NCBI GenBank assembly: GCA_934121885.1
Contig: CAKOVH010000006.1
Coordinates: 7,926-71,925 of the forward strand
Source of the DNA: an uncultured Clostridia bacterium
GTDB taxonomy: Bacteria; Bacillota; Clostridia; TANB77; CAG-508
DNA length: 64,000 bases
Direction of reading: 5' to 3'
Position 1 is the first letter of the stretch. Every line of letters begins with the position of its first letter. Position numbers and translations under genes: made by a program. Shown one piece after another: positions 1 to 10,400 of the stretch. The notes under the pieces are model-generated. The model was not told the DNA's origin. It made no database searches and worked only from the letters and a program-made list of their open reading frames with translations.

Positions 1-1815
1 ATATTAATTTCCTCTTTTGTATCTGTAGTATATTCAAGTTCTACATTATAGAATTTCTCATATATTTCCTTCCATACTTCAAAGTTTTTATTTTTCATAA
101 ACTGGATATTTTCTTTTCTAGTTAAATTTTCTTGTGGGTATATTGGTTTTTCAATATTTATAATATATTCTTGTATAGGAAAACCATCTTCTCCAATTAT
201 GTCACTATCTTGCATTGTAATAAAAACTGGAATAACTGGCACATTGCTTCTTACAGCTAATTTATATGCTCCATCTTTTAATGGCTTTGGTTTTCTATAA
301 TTCCACCACAAACTTTGTTCTGGGTAGATTAATATAAAATCTCCTCTTTGTAAAATAGTATCTACTGCCTTCATAAACTCTACCATTGTGTCTTTATTTG
401 AACTAAGTGGTAATGTATTACAGTTTCTAAATAAAAATCCATATAATCCAGGGAAGTTTGTATAGTTTCCTTCTCTTATTACTTTATATAGTTTTTTATC
501 CTCTGCTTGACCTGATAATCTAAAAGCTGTTTCTATCGAAAAACAATCAAATGGATTAAAATGATTGCATGTTATCATAGCACCAGATTTTACAGCTTGT
601 AAATTTTCAATTCCTCTAACATCTTTAATTATTAGTTTGTTCTCTTTTAATAGCTCATCTACATATCTTTCAGCAAGTTTATATGCAACTCTACTTTTTA
701 ATTTGCTATATCTTTTTTCTCTTAGATAATCTACTTTTTCTGGCATTAATTCTATTGTTTCAGGGTCATCTTCTGCATCCACATCAAATTTTCCTTCTCG
801 TTCTAACTCTTTTATTTTTTCTAAAACTTCTAATCTATCTTTAGCTTTTACTACATTTTCGTTACTTATTTGATGTTTAGCATCTCTAAACCTTCTATCA
901 TCTCCAACACAATCATTTTCTTTTTGTGCTAATGCTCTTAAATTTTCTTCTGATTTTCTATCTCTATATCTTTGTTCTTCTGTATAATTTTCTTTTTCTG
1001 CTCTTATTTCATTAATATACTCTGTTTCTTCTGCATATTTCCAAAAATATTCACTATATAATACATCTTCAAAATGCCATGGTTTACATGCAAAATTAAA
1101 ATGTATTATTTTTATATCTTCATCTTTTACAGTTGTAGATGGCATAGGCATTCTATCCCATGCAGTACTTATTAGCTTAACTCTACCTTTACACAATCTA
1201 TTTAAATAGTCTTGATCTTGTGCAACAGAAAATTTAACAGTTTCAAGTAAATATAAAAACTTTTTTTGAAAATCAAATTTTCTAAGTGCATCTAAGTTCA
1301 TAAGAAGTACACCTGCATTAAAATAATTTTGGTATTTAGCAACACCAACTACCTTTTCTGCATAATCTTGGAATACTTTGTTATTTTGTATAATATCATC
1401 TGGTGCAGCAGCAACTAAGTTATCTCCCATATCTGTATGGAATAAATCAGCCACATCTGCAAGAATAACTATATCACTATCTAGATATAAAACCTTATCA
1501 AATTGTGGGTATAGTTCTGGTAAGAAAAGTCTAAAATATGTTGTTTTTGAATAATAATCTCTTGTGTATAATTTATCTTTTACTTTTTCTATATAATAAT
1601 TCAAATCAACAAATTCAATATTTACATTTTCTTTTTCATATTTTTTTATTTTCTTTTTATTTTCTTCTCTAATATTAGTATATAAAATTTTAATTAAATA
1701 AAAATTCTCCTCTGATGAATTGTCAATAAGTGATTGAAGTGCAACTGCTAAAAATGGCACATATGCATCATCTACTGTAAAAAATATTGGTATTTTTTCT
1801 TCATAATTACTCATT
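1..1815 (-). CDS. Bifunctional-looking protein: N-terminal GT8 glycosyltransferase domain fused to a C-terminal PlsC/LPLAT-type acyltransferase domain. The start codon is near 1815; the gene runs off the left edge, so the C-terminus is outside the window.
   Basis: Not in the ORF track because it is edge-truncated. The reverse-complement translation is open from the ATG near 1813-1815 to position 1. GT8 hallmarks read directly: 'KVLYLDSDIVILADVADLF' (DXD, about 1441-1500) and 'IIHFNFACKPWHFEDV' (about 1030-1140). The downstream domain has the acyltransferase H(X)4D block 'ITCNHFNPFDCF' (about 555-590), 'LIYPEQSLWW' and 'VPVIPVFI' blocks (about 250-400). An RBS-like sequence precedes the ATG. 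Confidence 0.6.
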
Positions 1816-2721
1816 TATTTTCCCCTTTTTTTCTTCATATTCTTTCTTTAGTTGTAAATATTCTTCTAAGTCTTTATCAAAAGCATAACATTTCAAATAT
1901 TTATGTATTTCATCTACTTGCCATTGTTTATAATTCTCGGTATGTGGATATGGCTTTAACATTAGTCTTTTACAAAAGTGGCATATAACTGTATCTTTTT
2001 TATTAAATTTAGACTGTTCATTAAATATTCTTGGTAAAAGTAATTTTTTTGATGTTGACCAATATATTGCGTCTTGATCTGCAAAAAGCATTTTTCTTTT
2101 TCTTAACAAATCTCTTGCTTTTTCTAAAAGCTTTGTTTCTTTTATTTTGCTCATATTTAATAAAAGCATTCCCGCATTTATATAATCATTTCTAATAATT
2201 ATGCTTCCGTATTTTTCTCGAACTGCTGCATATTCATAATCATCAATATTAATTGAATATAATTTATTTATATCATCTGCAATCATCATATCAATATCTA
2301 AATATAAAATTTTATCTGGAATGTTTGGCACTTCATCTGCAAGTAATCTAAGTAACGTATATGGAGTGCAATATGCTGTTTCATTTAAACATCCTTTAAA
2401 TTCTTTATTATATAAATCTGTTACATCAATTTTAGTTATTTCATTTTTTACATTTTTTGATTTTATAACTTTTTCTAAAAATTGTACCTGCTGATCTGTT
2501 ATACTTAAAAAGTTTGAATTTAATCTTTCTAAATGCATAGTAAATATATAACAATGTACAGGTTCTTTTGTTTTATTAGTTATTGATATTAGTTCTGAAA
2601 GTGCTCCATCAAATACTCTTTTATTTCCACATAATAATAAGTTTATCATATTACTCCCGACTTTTATTTTATTTTCATTAAATATTATATTATAAATGTG
2701 AAAAATATTCAAGTAGGACAA
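1807..2721 (-). CDS. Glycosyltransferase family 8 protein (general-stress-protein-A / LPS glycosyltransferase-like)
   Basis: 304-aa ORF. The DXD motif 'ILYLDIDMMIADDI' is typical of GT8. It lies immediately upstream of the GT8-acyltransferase fusion on the same strand, as a tandem pair. Confidence 0.65.
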   Translation of the reverse strand: MSYLNIFHIYNIIFNENKIKVGSNMINLLLCGNKRVFDGALSELISITNKTKEPVHCYIFTMHLERLNSNFLSITDQQVQFLEKVIKSKNVKNEITKIDVTDLYNKEFKGCLNETAYCTPYTLLRLLADEVPNIPDKILYLDIDMMIADDINKLYSINIDDYEYAAVREKYGSIIIRNDYINAGMLLLNMSKIKETKLLEKARDLLRKRKMLFADQDAIYWSTSKKLLLPRIFNEQSKFNKKDTVICHFCKRLMLKPYPHTENYKQWQVDEIHKYLKCYAFDKDLEEYLQLKKEYEEKKGKINE

Positions 2722-2814
2722 AAATTAGATACTTGCATTTAAATAATCTTGATTTTACATCTCTAATATGAATAAAAAAAGAATATATTATAAATTAATA
2801 TATCCTTTTTTTGT

Positions 2815-3141
2815 TTAAGCATTTTTATTAAAATACTCTATTAAATGTATAATTGTATCTTGATTACTTTGTTTTAGCTTCTCAAATCCATAAAGAGAAA
2901 AATTTCTTTTTTCTTCTTTAATATCCAAATAGTCACTAAAAATTTCATTCATTCCGATATTAAGAGTATTACATATTTTAACTAATACTTCATATGATGG
3001 CTTTGACCTATCCTGTTCAATATCGCCAATATATCTTGTTGAGCACTCAATCTTTTCAGCTAATTTTTCTTGTGTATAACCATATGCCTTTCTAATTCTT
3101 TGTAATTTTTTTCCGATTATTATTTCCCTTGATTTCTTCAT
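2815..3141 (-). CDS. XRE-family helix-turn-helix transcriptional regulator
   Basis: 108 aa. The N-terminus 'IGKKLQRIRKAYGYTQEKLAEKIECSTRYIGDIEQDRSKPSYEVLVKICNTL' is a classic Cro/C1-type HTH. Confidence 0.75.
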   Translation of the reverse strand: MKKSREIIIGKKLQRIRKAYGYTQEKLAEKIECSTRYIGDIEQDRSKPSYEVLVKICNTLNIGMNEIFSDYLDIKEEKRNFSLYGFEKLKQSNQDTIIHLIEYFNKNA

Positions 3142-3294
3142 TTATTTCACCCTATCATAGTAATTTTACATATATTATGATAACAAACCCAGAGTTTATA
3201 ATAAACGAATTATCTACGTAGTTTATACTTATATGTTTCTATTTACTTTGTGTTAAAACACATTATATATACGATTTTTTTTAAATTTAACTTT

Positions 3295-4575
3295 TTATAA
3301 CGTTTTTTGTTTAAAGTTATTTATAATCTCATTTTCATCTACAACTAATATTTTTCTATCTTCCATTAATACATTTCCCTTTATAATAGTTGTTAAAACA
3401 TCTCTTCCGCATGTATTATATACTAAATTAGATAATATATCATTGTTTGGAAGTTTAGTTATATTTTCAAGATTTGGTTCTATATTAACAATAATTATAT
3501 CTGCATCTTTACCTTCTTCAATGCTTCCTACTTTATCATCCATTTTAAGCAATTTTGCTCCATTTATTGTAGCCATTTTTATAGCTTCTTTTGATGTAAT
3601 TCTGTCTTCATTTTCATGAATTCCGCCTTGAAGTAGACATGCTATTTTTATAGTTTCAAACATATCTAAGTTATTACCAGATCCCTGTCCATCAGTTCCT
3701 AAAGCTACATTAATACCGCTTCTTAAGTACTTCGTAACATCTGCAATTTTGCAACCTAACCTTAAATTTGATTCTGGATTATGAGCAATTCCACAATCTA
3801 ATCTTTTTAATCCATCTATAACCTTATCATCTGCTTTAACACAATGTGCTAGAATTAAATGAAAATCGCTAAAAAACTTTTCTAAAACGTCTATTGCATC
3901 TATTCCGTGCATTTTTTTTATATCTTCTATCTCATCAATACTCTCTAAAAAATGAACATGTATAGGCAAATTATATTTTTCAGCTAATTTTTTTGATACT
4001 TCTAGGCATTTGTCTGAGCATGTATATAATCCGTGTGGAGATACCGTATATGAAATTAGATCATTTTCTTTATCTCTTGAATTATAGAAACTTTCAAACT
4101 CATCAATTCGAGTTTGTAACATTTCTTCACTTCCTAAATCCATCAATGGCCTTGTAAGAACTGCTCTTACTTTCATTTCTTCAGCAGCTTTTCTTGTTTC
4201 TTCTGGCATAAAATATTGGTCATTTACACATGTTGTTCCTGTTGATATCATCTCTAATATTGATAATCTACTTGCTTCATATATTTGATTTCTAGTTAGA
4301 TTATCCTCAATAGGCCAAACCTTTTCATGAAGCCATGTATATAAACTGCAGCCTTCAAATGTTCCCCTAAAAATACTCATAGCAATATGTGCATGTGTAT
4401 TTATAAGCCCTGGCATAACAATATTACTCCTTGCATCAATTATTTTTTCTCCATTTTCTTCATCAATATTGTCTGCAATTTTAACAATTTTTCCATCTGC
4501 TATTTTTATATCTTTCTTTCTTGTAACCACATCATTATTTTCAAATAAAACTACTTGTCCATTTTTTATTAACAT
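3295..4575 (-). CDS. mtaD: Amidohydrolase of the 5-methylthioadenosine/S-adenosylhomocysteine deaminase (MtaD / chlorohydrolase) family
   Basis: 426 aa with metal-binding 'PGLINTHAHIAMS', 'HVHFLES' and 'GTDG' blocks typical of MtaD/SsnA/TRZ-ATZ amidohydrolases. Confidence 0.7.
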   Translation of the reverse strand: MLIKNGQVVLFENNDVVTRKKDIKIADGKIVKIADNIDEENGEKIIDARSNIVMPGLINTHAHIAMSIFRGTFEGCSLYTWLHEKVWPIEDNLTRNQIYEASRLSILEMISTGTTCVNDQYFMPEETRKAAEEMKVRAVLTRPLMDLGSEEMLQTRIDEFESFYNSRDKENDLISYTVSPHGLYTCSDKCLEVSKKLAEKYNLPIHVHFLESIDEIEDIKKMHGIDAIDVLEKFFSDFHLILAHCVKADDKVIDGLKRLDCGIAHNPESNLRLGCKIADVTKYLRSGINVALGTDGQGSGNNLDMFETIKIACLLQGGIHENEDRITSKEAIKMATINGAKLLKMDDKVGSIEEGKDADIIIVNIEPNLENITKLPNNDILSNLVYNTCGRDVLTTIIKGNVLMEDRKILVVDENEIINNFKQKTL

Positions 4576-4723
4576 ATCTTCTTTCCTCCTCTAAATTACC
4601 TTTATCATATCCAATTTTTTCTTTTTTTACAAGATTTTTTAAATAATTTATATACCTTGACCAAAATATATTTTTGTAGTATTATAAATTTAATCACAGA
4701 TGAAAAAACAAAGGAGATTACAA

Positions 4724-5661
4724 TGTTTACAGAAAAAATTGATTTTTATAGTCCTATTAATCTAAAATCATATAATTTGGACCAAACTATGAAATATCAG
4801 CTTGATGTTTTAGGAAATTTAGACTATTTTACTAGAAGACATAGTGAAAATGTTGCAAACTTAGTTTGTAGACTTTGCGAGTATTTGCACGCACCACAAA
4901 GTTTTACTATTTACTGTACAATATGTGCATATCTTCATGATGTTGGTAAATTATTTATACCTGCTCAAATTCTTCAAAAGCCAACACAACTTACTAAAGA
5001 AGAATTTGAAATTATGAAAAAACATACTACTCTTGGTTATGAAATGTGTATGAAAGACCCAAAACTTCGCTTATATGCTCCTGGTCCTTTATACCATCAT
5101 GAAGCATTAAATGGTTCTGGATATCCACAGGGTCTTACTAAAAAAGATATTCCATATGAAGCACAAATAATAAGAATTGCAGACGAATATGACGCTTTGG
5201 TAACTAAGAGACAATATAAAACACATGTTAATATATCAGAAACACTAAAAGACCTAATAAAAGATAGTAATCCAGATCCTAAATTTGTTGCTTTAGACCA
5301 TTTATCTGAAATAGCAAAAATAGGTAAAATTGATAAAAAAATATTACGTACATTTTTTAAGGTTATTATTGACGATATAGAATATGAAATTAGTGCAGTT
5401 ATTGGTTATGTAAAATATCTTGAAGAACAAATTAAGCGTCTTGAACTTATCGATAGCTATAAGATTAAAATGGAAGAATCTAATAAAGAGAAAAACAAAA
5501 GCTATTACTTTGAGGGAATTAAATTACTATTAAATACTAATGAAACATTAGATAACTACCAAAATGTTCTGCAAGAATATAAAAATGCACTTGTTATGAG
5601 AAAAGACCGTATTCAGAAATTACATGAAGAAATTAAAATTATAAAAAAATTAAAAACATAA
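4724..5661 (+). CDS. Stand-alone HD-GYP domain phosphodiesterase (putative c-di-GMP or cyclic dinucleotide hydrolase) with a C-terminal coiled-coil tail
   Basis: HD motif 'LHDVGKLFIP' and GYP motif 'HHEALNGSGYPQGL'. The track ORF starts at 4657, but an AGGAG RBS precedes the ATG at 4724 (MFTEKIDFY), which is the more likely start. Confidence 0.7.
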
Positions 5662-5699
5662 AAATCAACTCCTAATTCACAAGAACTAGGAGTTAATTT

Positions 5700-6056
5700 T
5701 TATTCTAATCCGAAACTTACACCTAATGCATTATTTAGTTCAGATATTACCTTTTCATCATCAATATGTCCTATTTTTTCTTTTAATCTGCTTTTGTCTA
5801 TTGTTCTTATTTGTTCGGCAAGCACAATAGAATCCGACTTAAGTCCATTGCTTTGCGAACCAATTTCTATATGTGTTGGTAGTTTTGCTTTTCCCATTTG
5901 TGATGTAATTGCTGCAGCAATTACAGTTGGGCTATGCCTATTTCCAACATCATTTTGTATAATTAAAACTGGTCGTACTCCACCTTGTTCTGAACCAACA
6001 ACAGGGCTTAAATCCGCATAAAACATATCTCCTCTTTTTATAACCATATTCTTCAC
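5700..6056 (-). CDS. mazF: MazF/EndoA (PemK-family) endoribonuclease toxin
   Basis: 118 aa. '[47 protein letters not shown]' is near-identical in pattern to Bacillus subtilis EndoA/NdoA. Confidence 0.9.
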   Translation of the reverse strand: MKNMVIKRGDMFYADLSPVVGSEQGGVRPVLIIQNDVGNRHSPTVIAAAITSQMGKAKLPTHIEIGSQSNGLKSDSIVLAEQIRTIDKSRLKEKIGHIDDEKVISELNNALGVSFGLE

Positions 6057-6129
6057 TCCTATTATTTCTATATTTAAGGTCTATGTTTTGATATATTTTA
6101 TTTATCAGTTGAAATACGACATGGATAAT

Positions 6130-6810
6130 TTAATTTAAACCATTAACCGCTATCTCATTATATAATATGTAAACAAGATTTTTTTTGTTAATATCTTGTA
6201 TTATTAGTTTAGTCGGTTTTCCAGTTTTTTTGTCTATTGTTAATTCTTTACTATATACATATTTATTATTACTATTTCTGGTTTTTGTTTGCATTATAAC
6301 CAAGTCTTCATCTTCCTTTATTGATGCATTACTACTATCTTTTGCACTTTTATAATCTTCTACAAATGCATTAATCCATAAAAAATTATTCATTAAATCA
6401 TTATAGTTTTCATAGATGGTTGTTAAGTTTAGTTTGCTATAATTTAACTTTAATGTATTATTTTCATATCTCATTGTCATTCCTTCAATGTTACTTGGCT
6501 CTAAAACTGTTTGCTGTGAGTAACTATCTTTTTTATACTCCTGTTCTAAAACATATTTATTACTATTTTTGTTGCTTTGAGTTTCCACTTCAATTTTTGC
6601 TTTATATGAACTAATATCTAAAATATATTTTTCAATTTCCTCAATATTTTTATTACTCATATTATTGCCAACATTTTTATTTTTATAATACATATTTATA
6701 AAAATAATTAAAGAAACTAAAATCACCAGTATAGCTAAAACAATAACAATTATTTTTTTCTTTCCACTTGTTTTATCTACATAGTAGTTTTTTTTATTTT
6801 TTAAATTCAT
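6130..6810 (-). CDS. N-terminally membrane-anchored protein, possibly a LolA-like / YdcC-family sporulation (lipo)protein
   Basis: 226 aa with one TM segment after a basic N-terminus; the rest is polar. In B. subtilis the equivalent position (acpS-ydcC-alr-ndoAI-ndoA) holds the LolA-like YdcC. Family assignment is by position and composition only. Confidence 0.35.
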   Translation of the reverse strand: MNLKNKKNYYVDKTSGKKKIIVIVLAILVILVSLIIFINMYYKNKNVGNNMSNKNIEEIEKYILDISSYKAKIEVETQSNKNSNKYVLEQEYKKDSYSQQTVLEPSNIEGMTMRYENNTLKLNYSKLNLTTIYENYNDLMNNFLWINAFVEDYKSAKDSSNASIKEDEDLVIMQTKTRNSNNKYVYSKELTIDKKTGKPTKLIIQDINKKNLVYILYNEIAVNGLN

Positions 6811-6868
6811 ACGTAAAATCCCCTTCCATAAAAAAATAAGAGTAAATTTATTTTACTCTTATTTTATT

Positions 6869-7840
6869 CTATATATTTTTGAAGTATTCTGTAAGACAAC
6901 CTATTAACTCTTTTTTATTATCAATTTGATTTATATAATCTCTATATTTACTTGCATCTTTCATATTTTTTATATATGCAGATACATATTTTCTCATTTC
7001 TTTAATTGCAATATTCTCTCCCTTTTCACTTACTTCTAGTTCAATATGCTTTATTATAGTTTGCAATTTTTCTTCATTGGTAACAATCATTTTTTCTTTT
7101 CCAGATAATGTTTTAATAATGTCATCAAAAATCCATGGATTTCCCAAGCTTGCTCTTCCTATCATTATTCCGTCTACACCCGTTTGTTCAAACATTTTTA
7201 CTGCATCTTCAGGAGATTTTATATCCCCATTTCCTATAACAGGAATTCCTACACTTTGTTTTACATCTTTAATTATATTCCAGTCTGCTTTACCTGTATA
7301 ATATTCATCTCTTGTTCTTCCATGAATAGTAATTGCAGACACTCCTGCTTCTTCAAATGTTTTAGCCGCTTGAACTGCAACTATGTGTTCATTATCCCAA
7401 CCTTTTCTGTACTTTACAGTTACAGGTACATTTGATGATTTTACAACCTCTTCTGCAATTCTTCCCGCTAAATCTAAGTTAAGCAGAAGCCTACTTCCAT
7501 CTCCATTTTTTACTACCTTTGGAGCTGGACAGCCCATATTAATATCTATAATATCAGCAATATCACTTAAATAATTTGCTGCATATTTCATTGCCTCTAT
7601 ATCGTTTCCAAAAATTTGCACTGCAACTGGTCTTTTCTCATTTCTCATATTTAATAATAGTTTTGTTTTTTCATCATTATAAAAAAGACCTTTGCTACTT
7701 ATCATTTCAGTACAAACAAGTCCTGGTCCAAATTCTCTGCATATTAAACGAAATGGCAGGTCTGTTATCCCTGCCATTGGTGCTAATACAATATTATTTT
7801 CAAGTTCAACATTTCCTATTTTTAATCTTTTTAAATACAT
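6869..7840 (-). CDS. dusB: tRNA-dihydrouridine synthase
   Basis: 323 aa with 'LAPMAGITDLPFRLICREFG', 'CTEMISS' and 'DINMGCPAPKV' TIM-barrel flavoenzyme motifs. Confidence 0.85.
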   Translation of the reverse strand: MYLKRLKIGNVELENNIVLAPMAGITDLPFRLICREFGPGLVCTEMISSKGLFYNDEKTKLLLNMRNEKRPVAVQIFGNDIEAMKYAANYLSDIADIIDINMGCPAPKVVKNGDGSRLLLNLDLAGRIAEEVVKSSNVPVTVKYRKGWDNEHIVAVQAAKTFEEAGVSAITIHGRTRDEYYTGKADWNIIKDVKQSVGIPVIGNGDIKSPEDAVKMFEQTGVDGIMIGRASLGNPWIFDDIIKTLSGKEKMIVTNEEKLQTIIKHIELEVSEKGENIAIKEMRKYVSAYIKNMKDASKYRDYINQIDNKKELIGCLTEYFKNI

Positions 7841-7867
7841 ATCTTATCCCTAATTTTACTATAATTT

Positions 7868-8974
7868 TTATTCGGCAAAAATTGCCTTTTGTCTTCTTCC
7901 TGAAATATTAAGTAATAATCCTATCATAATAAAGTTACTTAAAAGTGAGCTACCACCATAACTAACAAATGGTAATGGTACACCGGTAATTGGCAACAAG
8001 CCCATTGTCATTCCTATATTCTCTATCATGTGAAAGAAAAATATACCCGCTATTCCCATTGCAATATATGAACCCAAATCATCTTTTGCTGTTTTAGCTA
8101 CATATATAGATTTTGTTATTAATACAACATACAAAAATATTATACTTGCTGCAACCACAAACCCCATTTCTTCTCCAATAAGTGAAAAAATAAAATCCGT
8201 AGTTTTAGGATATAAAAATCCTAGTTGAGTTTGGTTTCCCTTAAACAATCCCATTCCTATTAATTGCCCCGCTCCTATTGCAAGTTTTGATTGTATAATA
8301 TTATACCCTGCTCCTCTTGGATCTAAATCTGGGTTTAAATATACATCAATTCTCGATTTAGCATGTTCTGGTAGAACAAAGAAATATAATACCGGAACAA
8401 GTATCACAACCAATAAAATAGATGGTATAATATATCTCTTTTTTAAACCTGCTACGAATAGCATAAAAATAAAAGCAGATACAAACGCCATAGCTGTTCC
8501 ATAATCTGGTTGTTTAATAATTAATAATACCGGAACTGCAAAAGCAATAAGAAGTAGACCAAGTTTTAGTACACGATTTATTTGATCTCTTCCATTTTTC
8601 TGAATTTTTGTTATAAGCCATGCAATAAAAAGTACAATAACTACTTTGGCAAATTCAGCAGGTTGAAATGAAAATGGTCCAATATCAAACCAACTTGTTG
8701 CTCCATTTATTGCACTTGTAAATAGTACGGCTACAAGTAAAATTAATATTATTCCATATAGTATTGGTGATATTTTCGCAAAAATATCATAGTCAACAAA
8801 AATGACTACAATAAGTATTGGTATACTTATTGTTAGCCATAAAATTTGCTTTTTTAACTCTTCATAATTTGAGTTTTTAGTTGCAGATGTTAATGCCACA
8901 AGTCCAATGATAACTAAAATAATTGTAGAGATTAATATACTCCACTCTATATTTTTAAGTATTTTTCTCTTCAT
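7868..8974 (-). CDS. rodA: SEDS-family peptidoglycan polymerase RodA (FtsW/RodA/SpoVE family)
   Basis: 368-aa polytopic membrane protein with 'PITGVPLPFVSYGGSSLL'. Position after minD-minE matches rodA. Confidence 0.85.
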   Translation of the reverse strand: MKRKILKNIEWSILISTIILVIIGLVALTSATKNSNYEELKKQILWLTISIPILIVVIFVDYDIFAKISPILYGIILILLVAVLFTSAINGATSWFDIGPFSFQPAEFAKVVIVLFIAWLITKIQKNGRDQINRVLKLGLLLIAFAVPVLLIIKQPDYGTAMAFVSAFIFMLFVAGLKKRYIIPSILLVVILVPVLYFFVLPEHAKSRIDVYLNPDLDPRGAGYNIIQSKLAIGAGQLIGMGLFKGNQTQLGFLYPKTTDFIFSLIGEEMGFVVAASIIFLYVVLITKSIYVAKTAKDDLGSYIAMGIAGIFFFHMIENIGMTMGLLPITGVPLPFVSYGGSSLLSNFIMIGLLLNISGRRQKAIFAE

Positions 8975-9512
8975 TAGCTTCCTCTTCTAAATTTTCTTTT
9001 TTATCTTCACTTTCAGAGATTTTTTCTTCTTGTATTTCATTTTCATCTGTATTTAATTCTGCTGTATCTTCTTCTTTTTCTTCTTCTTTGCTCTCTTTTT
9101 TATCATCATCTATTTTATTTTCATTAGATGCTTCTATATTTTCAGCCTTATCATTCTTTTCATTATTAACTGTTTCGTCTTTTTGAACTGTTTTATTAAT
9201 TGTTCCTTCTAATTTTCTAGCTTCATTTTTTATTGTTACAATTGGAATATTAGCATACAAAGCAGGTGCACCAACTGTTCCATCTTCACCAGGTTTATTG
9301 GTCATTTTTACATCAATTGCTTCTTCATCTATATCTATGTATTTCTTTATTACCTCTATTATTTCCTGTTTCATCATTTCTAAGAAATCCGCTGAAATAT
9401 TTGCCCTATCTTGAGCTAAAACCAAATGTAATCTTTCCTTTGCTGTACTTTTAGAATTCTCTTTATCGTTTTTTCCAAATTTTTTAAAGAAATTTTTAAT
9501 GTTATCAAACAT
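8955..9512 (-). CDS. minE: Cell division topological specificity factor MinE with an unusual 80-aa acidic C-terminal extension
   Basis: The first ~105 aa match MinE ('AKERLHLVLAQDRANISADFLEMMKQEIIEVIKKYIDIDEEAIDVKM...ALYANIPIVTIK'). An E/K/N/D-rich low-complexity tail follows. The 3' end overlaps the rodA start by 20 nt. Confidence 0.8.
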   Translation of the reverse strand: MFDNIKNFFKKFGKNDKENSKSTAKERLHLVLAQDRANISADFLEMMKQEIIEVIKKYIDIDEEAIDVKMTNKPGEDGTVGAPALYANIPIVTIKNEARKLEGTINKTVQKDETVNNEKNDKAENIEASNENKIDDDKKESKEEEKEEDTAELNTDENEIQEEKISESEDKKENLEEEANEEKNT

Positions 9513-9530
9513 ATTCTACCTCCAATAGTA

Positions 9531-10332
9531 TTAGTGTTTACTTTTTGCGAAAAAACCTTTTACTTTCGTAAAGAATCCTTCTCCTTTTCCTGGAATGTTC
9601 ATTTCTACATTTTCTCCTAGAATTCTTCTAGCAATTTCAGAATAAGCCTTTCCAGATGGTGCTCTATTATTTGTTACAACAGGTTCACCTTTATTAGTTT
9701 GAGTTATGATAAATTCATCATCAGGTACAACACCAATTAAATCTATTGATAATAAATCAACTATATCATCAACATCCATCATTTCACCCTTTTTTATCAT
9801 GTTTGGTCTAATTCTGTTTACAACTAATTCAGGATTTTTTATTTCAGATGCCTCTAATAATCCTACAATTCTATCAGCATCTCTTATTGCTGAAATTTCA
9901 GCTGTTGTTACAACAATTGCTCTATTTGCCCCAGCAATTGCATTTTTAAATCCTTGTTCAATTCCTGCTGGACAGTCGATTAATATGTAATCAAATTCTT
10001 CTTTAAGTTTTCCTATTAAATCTTTCATTTGTTCTTCATTTACTGCACTTTTATCTCTTGTTTGCGCTGCTGGTAGTAAGAATAGTTCATTAAAACGCTT
10101 GTCCTTTATTAAGGCTTGTCTTAATTTGCATTTTTCTTCTACAACATCAACAATGTCATATACGATTCTGTTTTCTAATCCCATGACTACATCTAGGTTT
10201 CTTAATCCTATATCAGTATCAACCAAAGCAACCTTTTTTCCTCTTAAAGCCAAAGCTGCACCTAAATTAGCTGTTGTTGTTGTCTTTCCTACTCCACCTT
10301 TTCCAGATGTTATGACTATAACCTCTCCCATA
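9531..10332 (-). CDS. minD: Septum site-determining ATPase MinD
   Basis: Deviant Walker A 'SGKGGVGKTTTTANLG'. The track ORF extends to 10385, but AAGGAGG precedes the ATG at about 10332 (MGEVIVITSGKGG), which gives a canonical ~266-aa MinD. Confidence 0.9.
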
Positions 10333-10400
10333 ATTTCCTCCTTGCTAATATTTAACAATTTTGTTTTATTTCTAAAAAAGTGCATTATTTAAACACATAT

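Noticed and set aside
2815-3141. XRE regulator plus downstream GT8 considered as a toxin-antitoxin or phage-repressor module
   Set aside because: The downstream genes are large glycosyltransferases rather than a small toxin. There is no integrase or phage gene nearby. More likely it is a local regulator of the glycosylation operon.
5794-6021. 75-aa plus-strand ORF overlapping mazF
   Set aside because: It is antisense to a strongly conserved EndoA/MazF sequence. It was considered as a possible antitoxin, but it is Cys/Ser-rich, has no RBS, and does not resemble MazE or AbrB-fold antitoxins.
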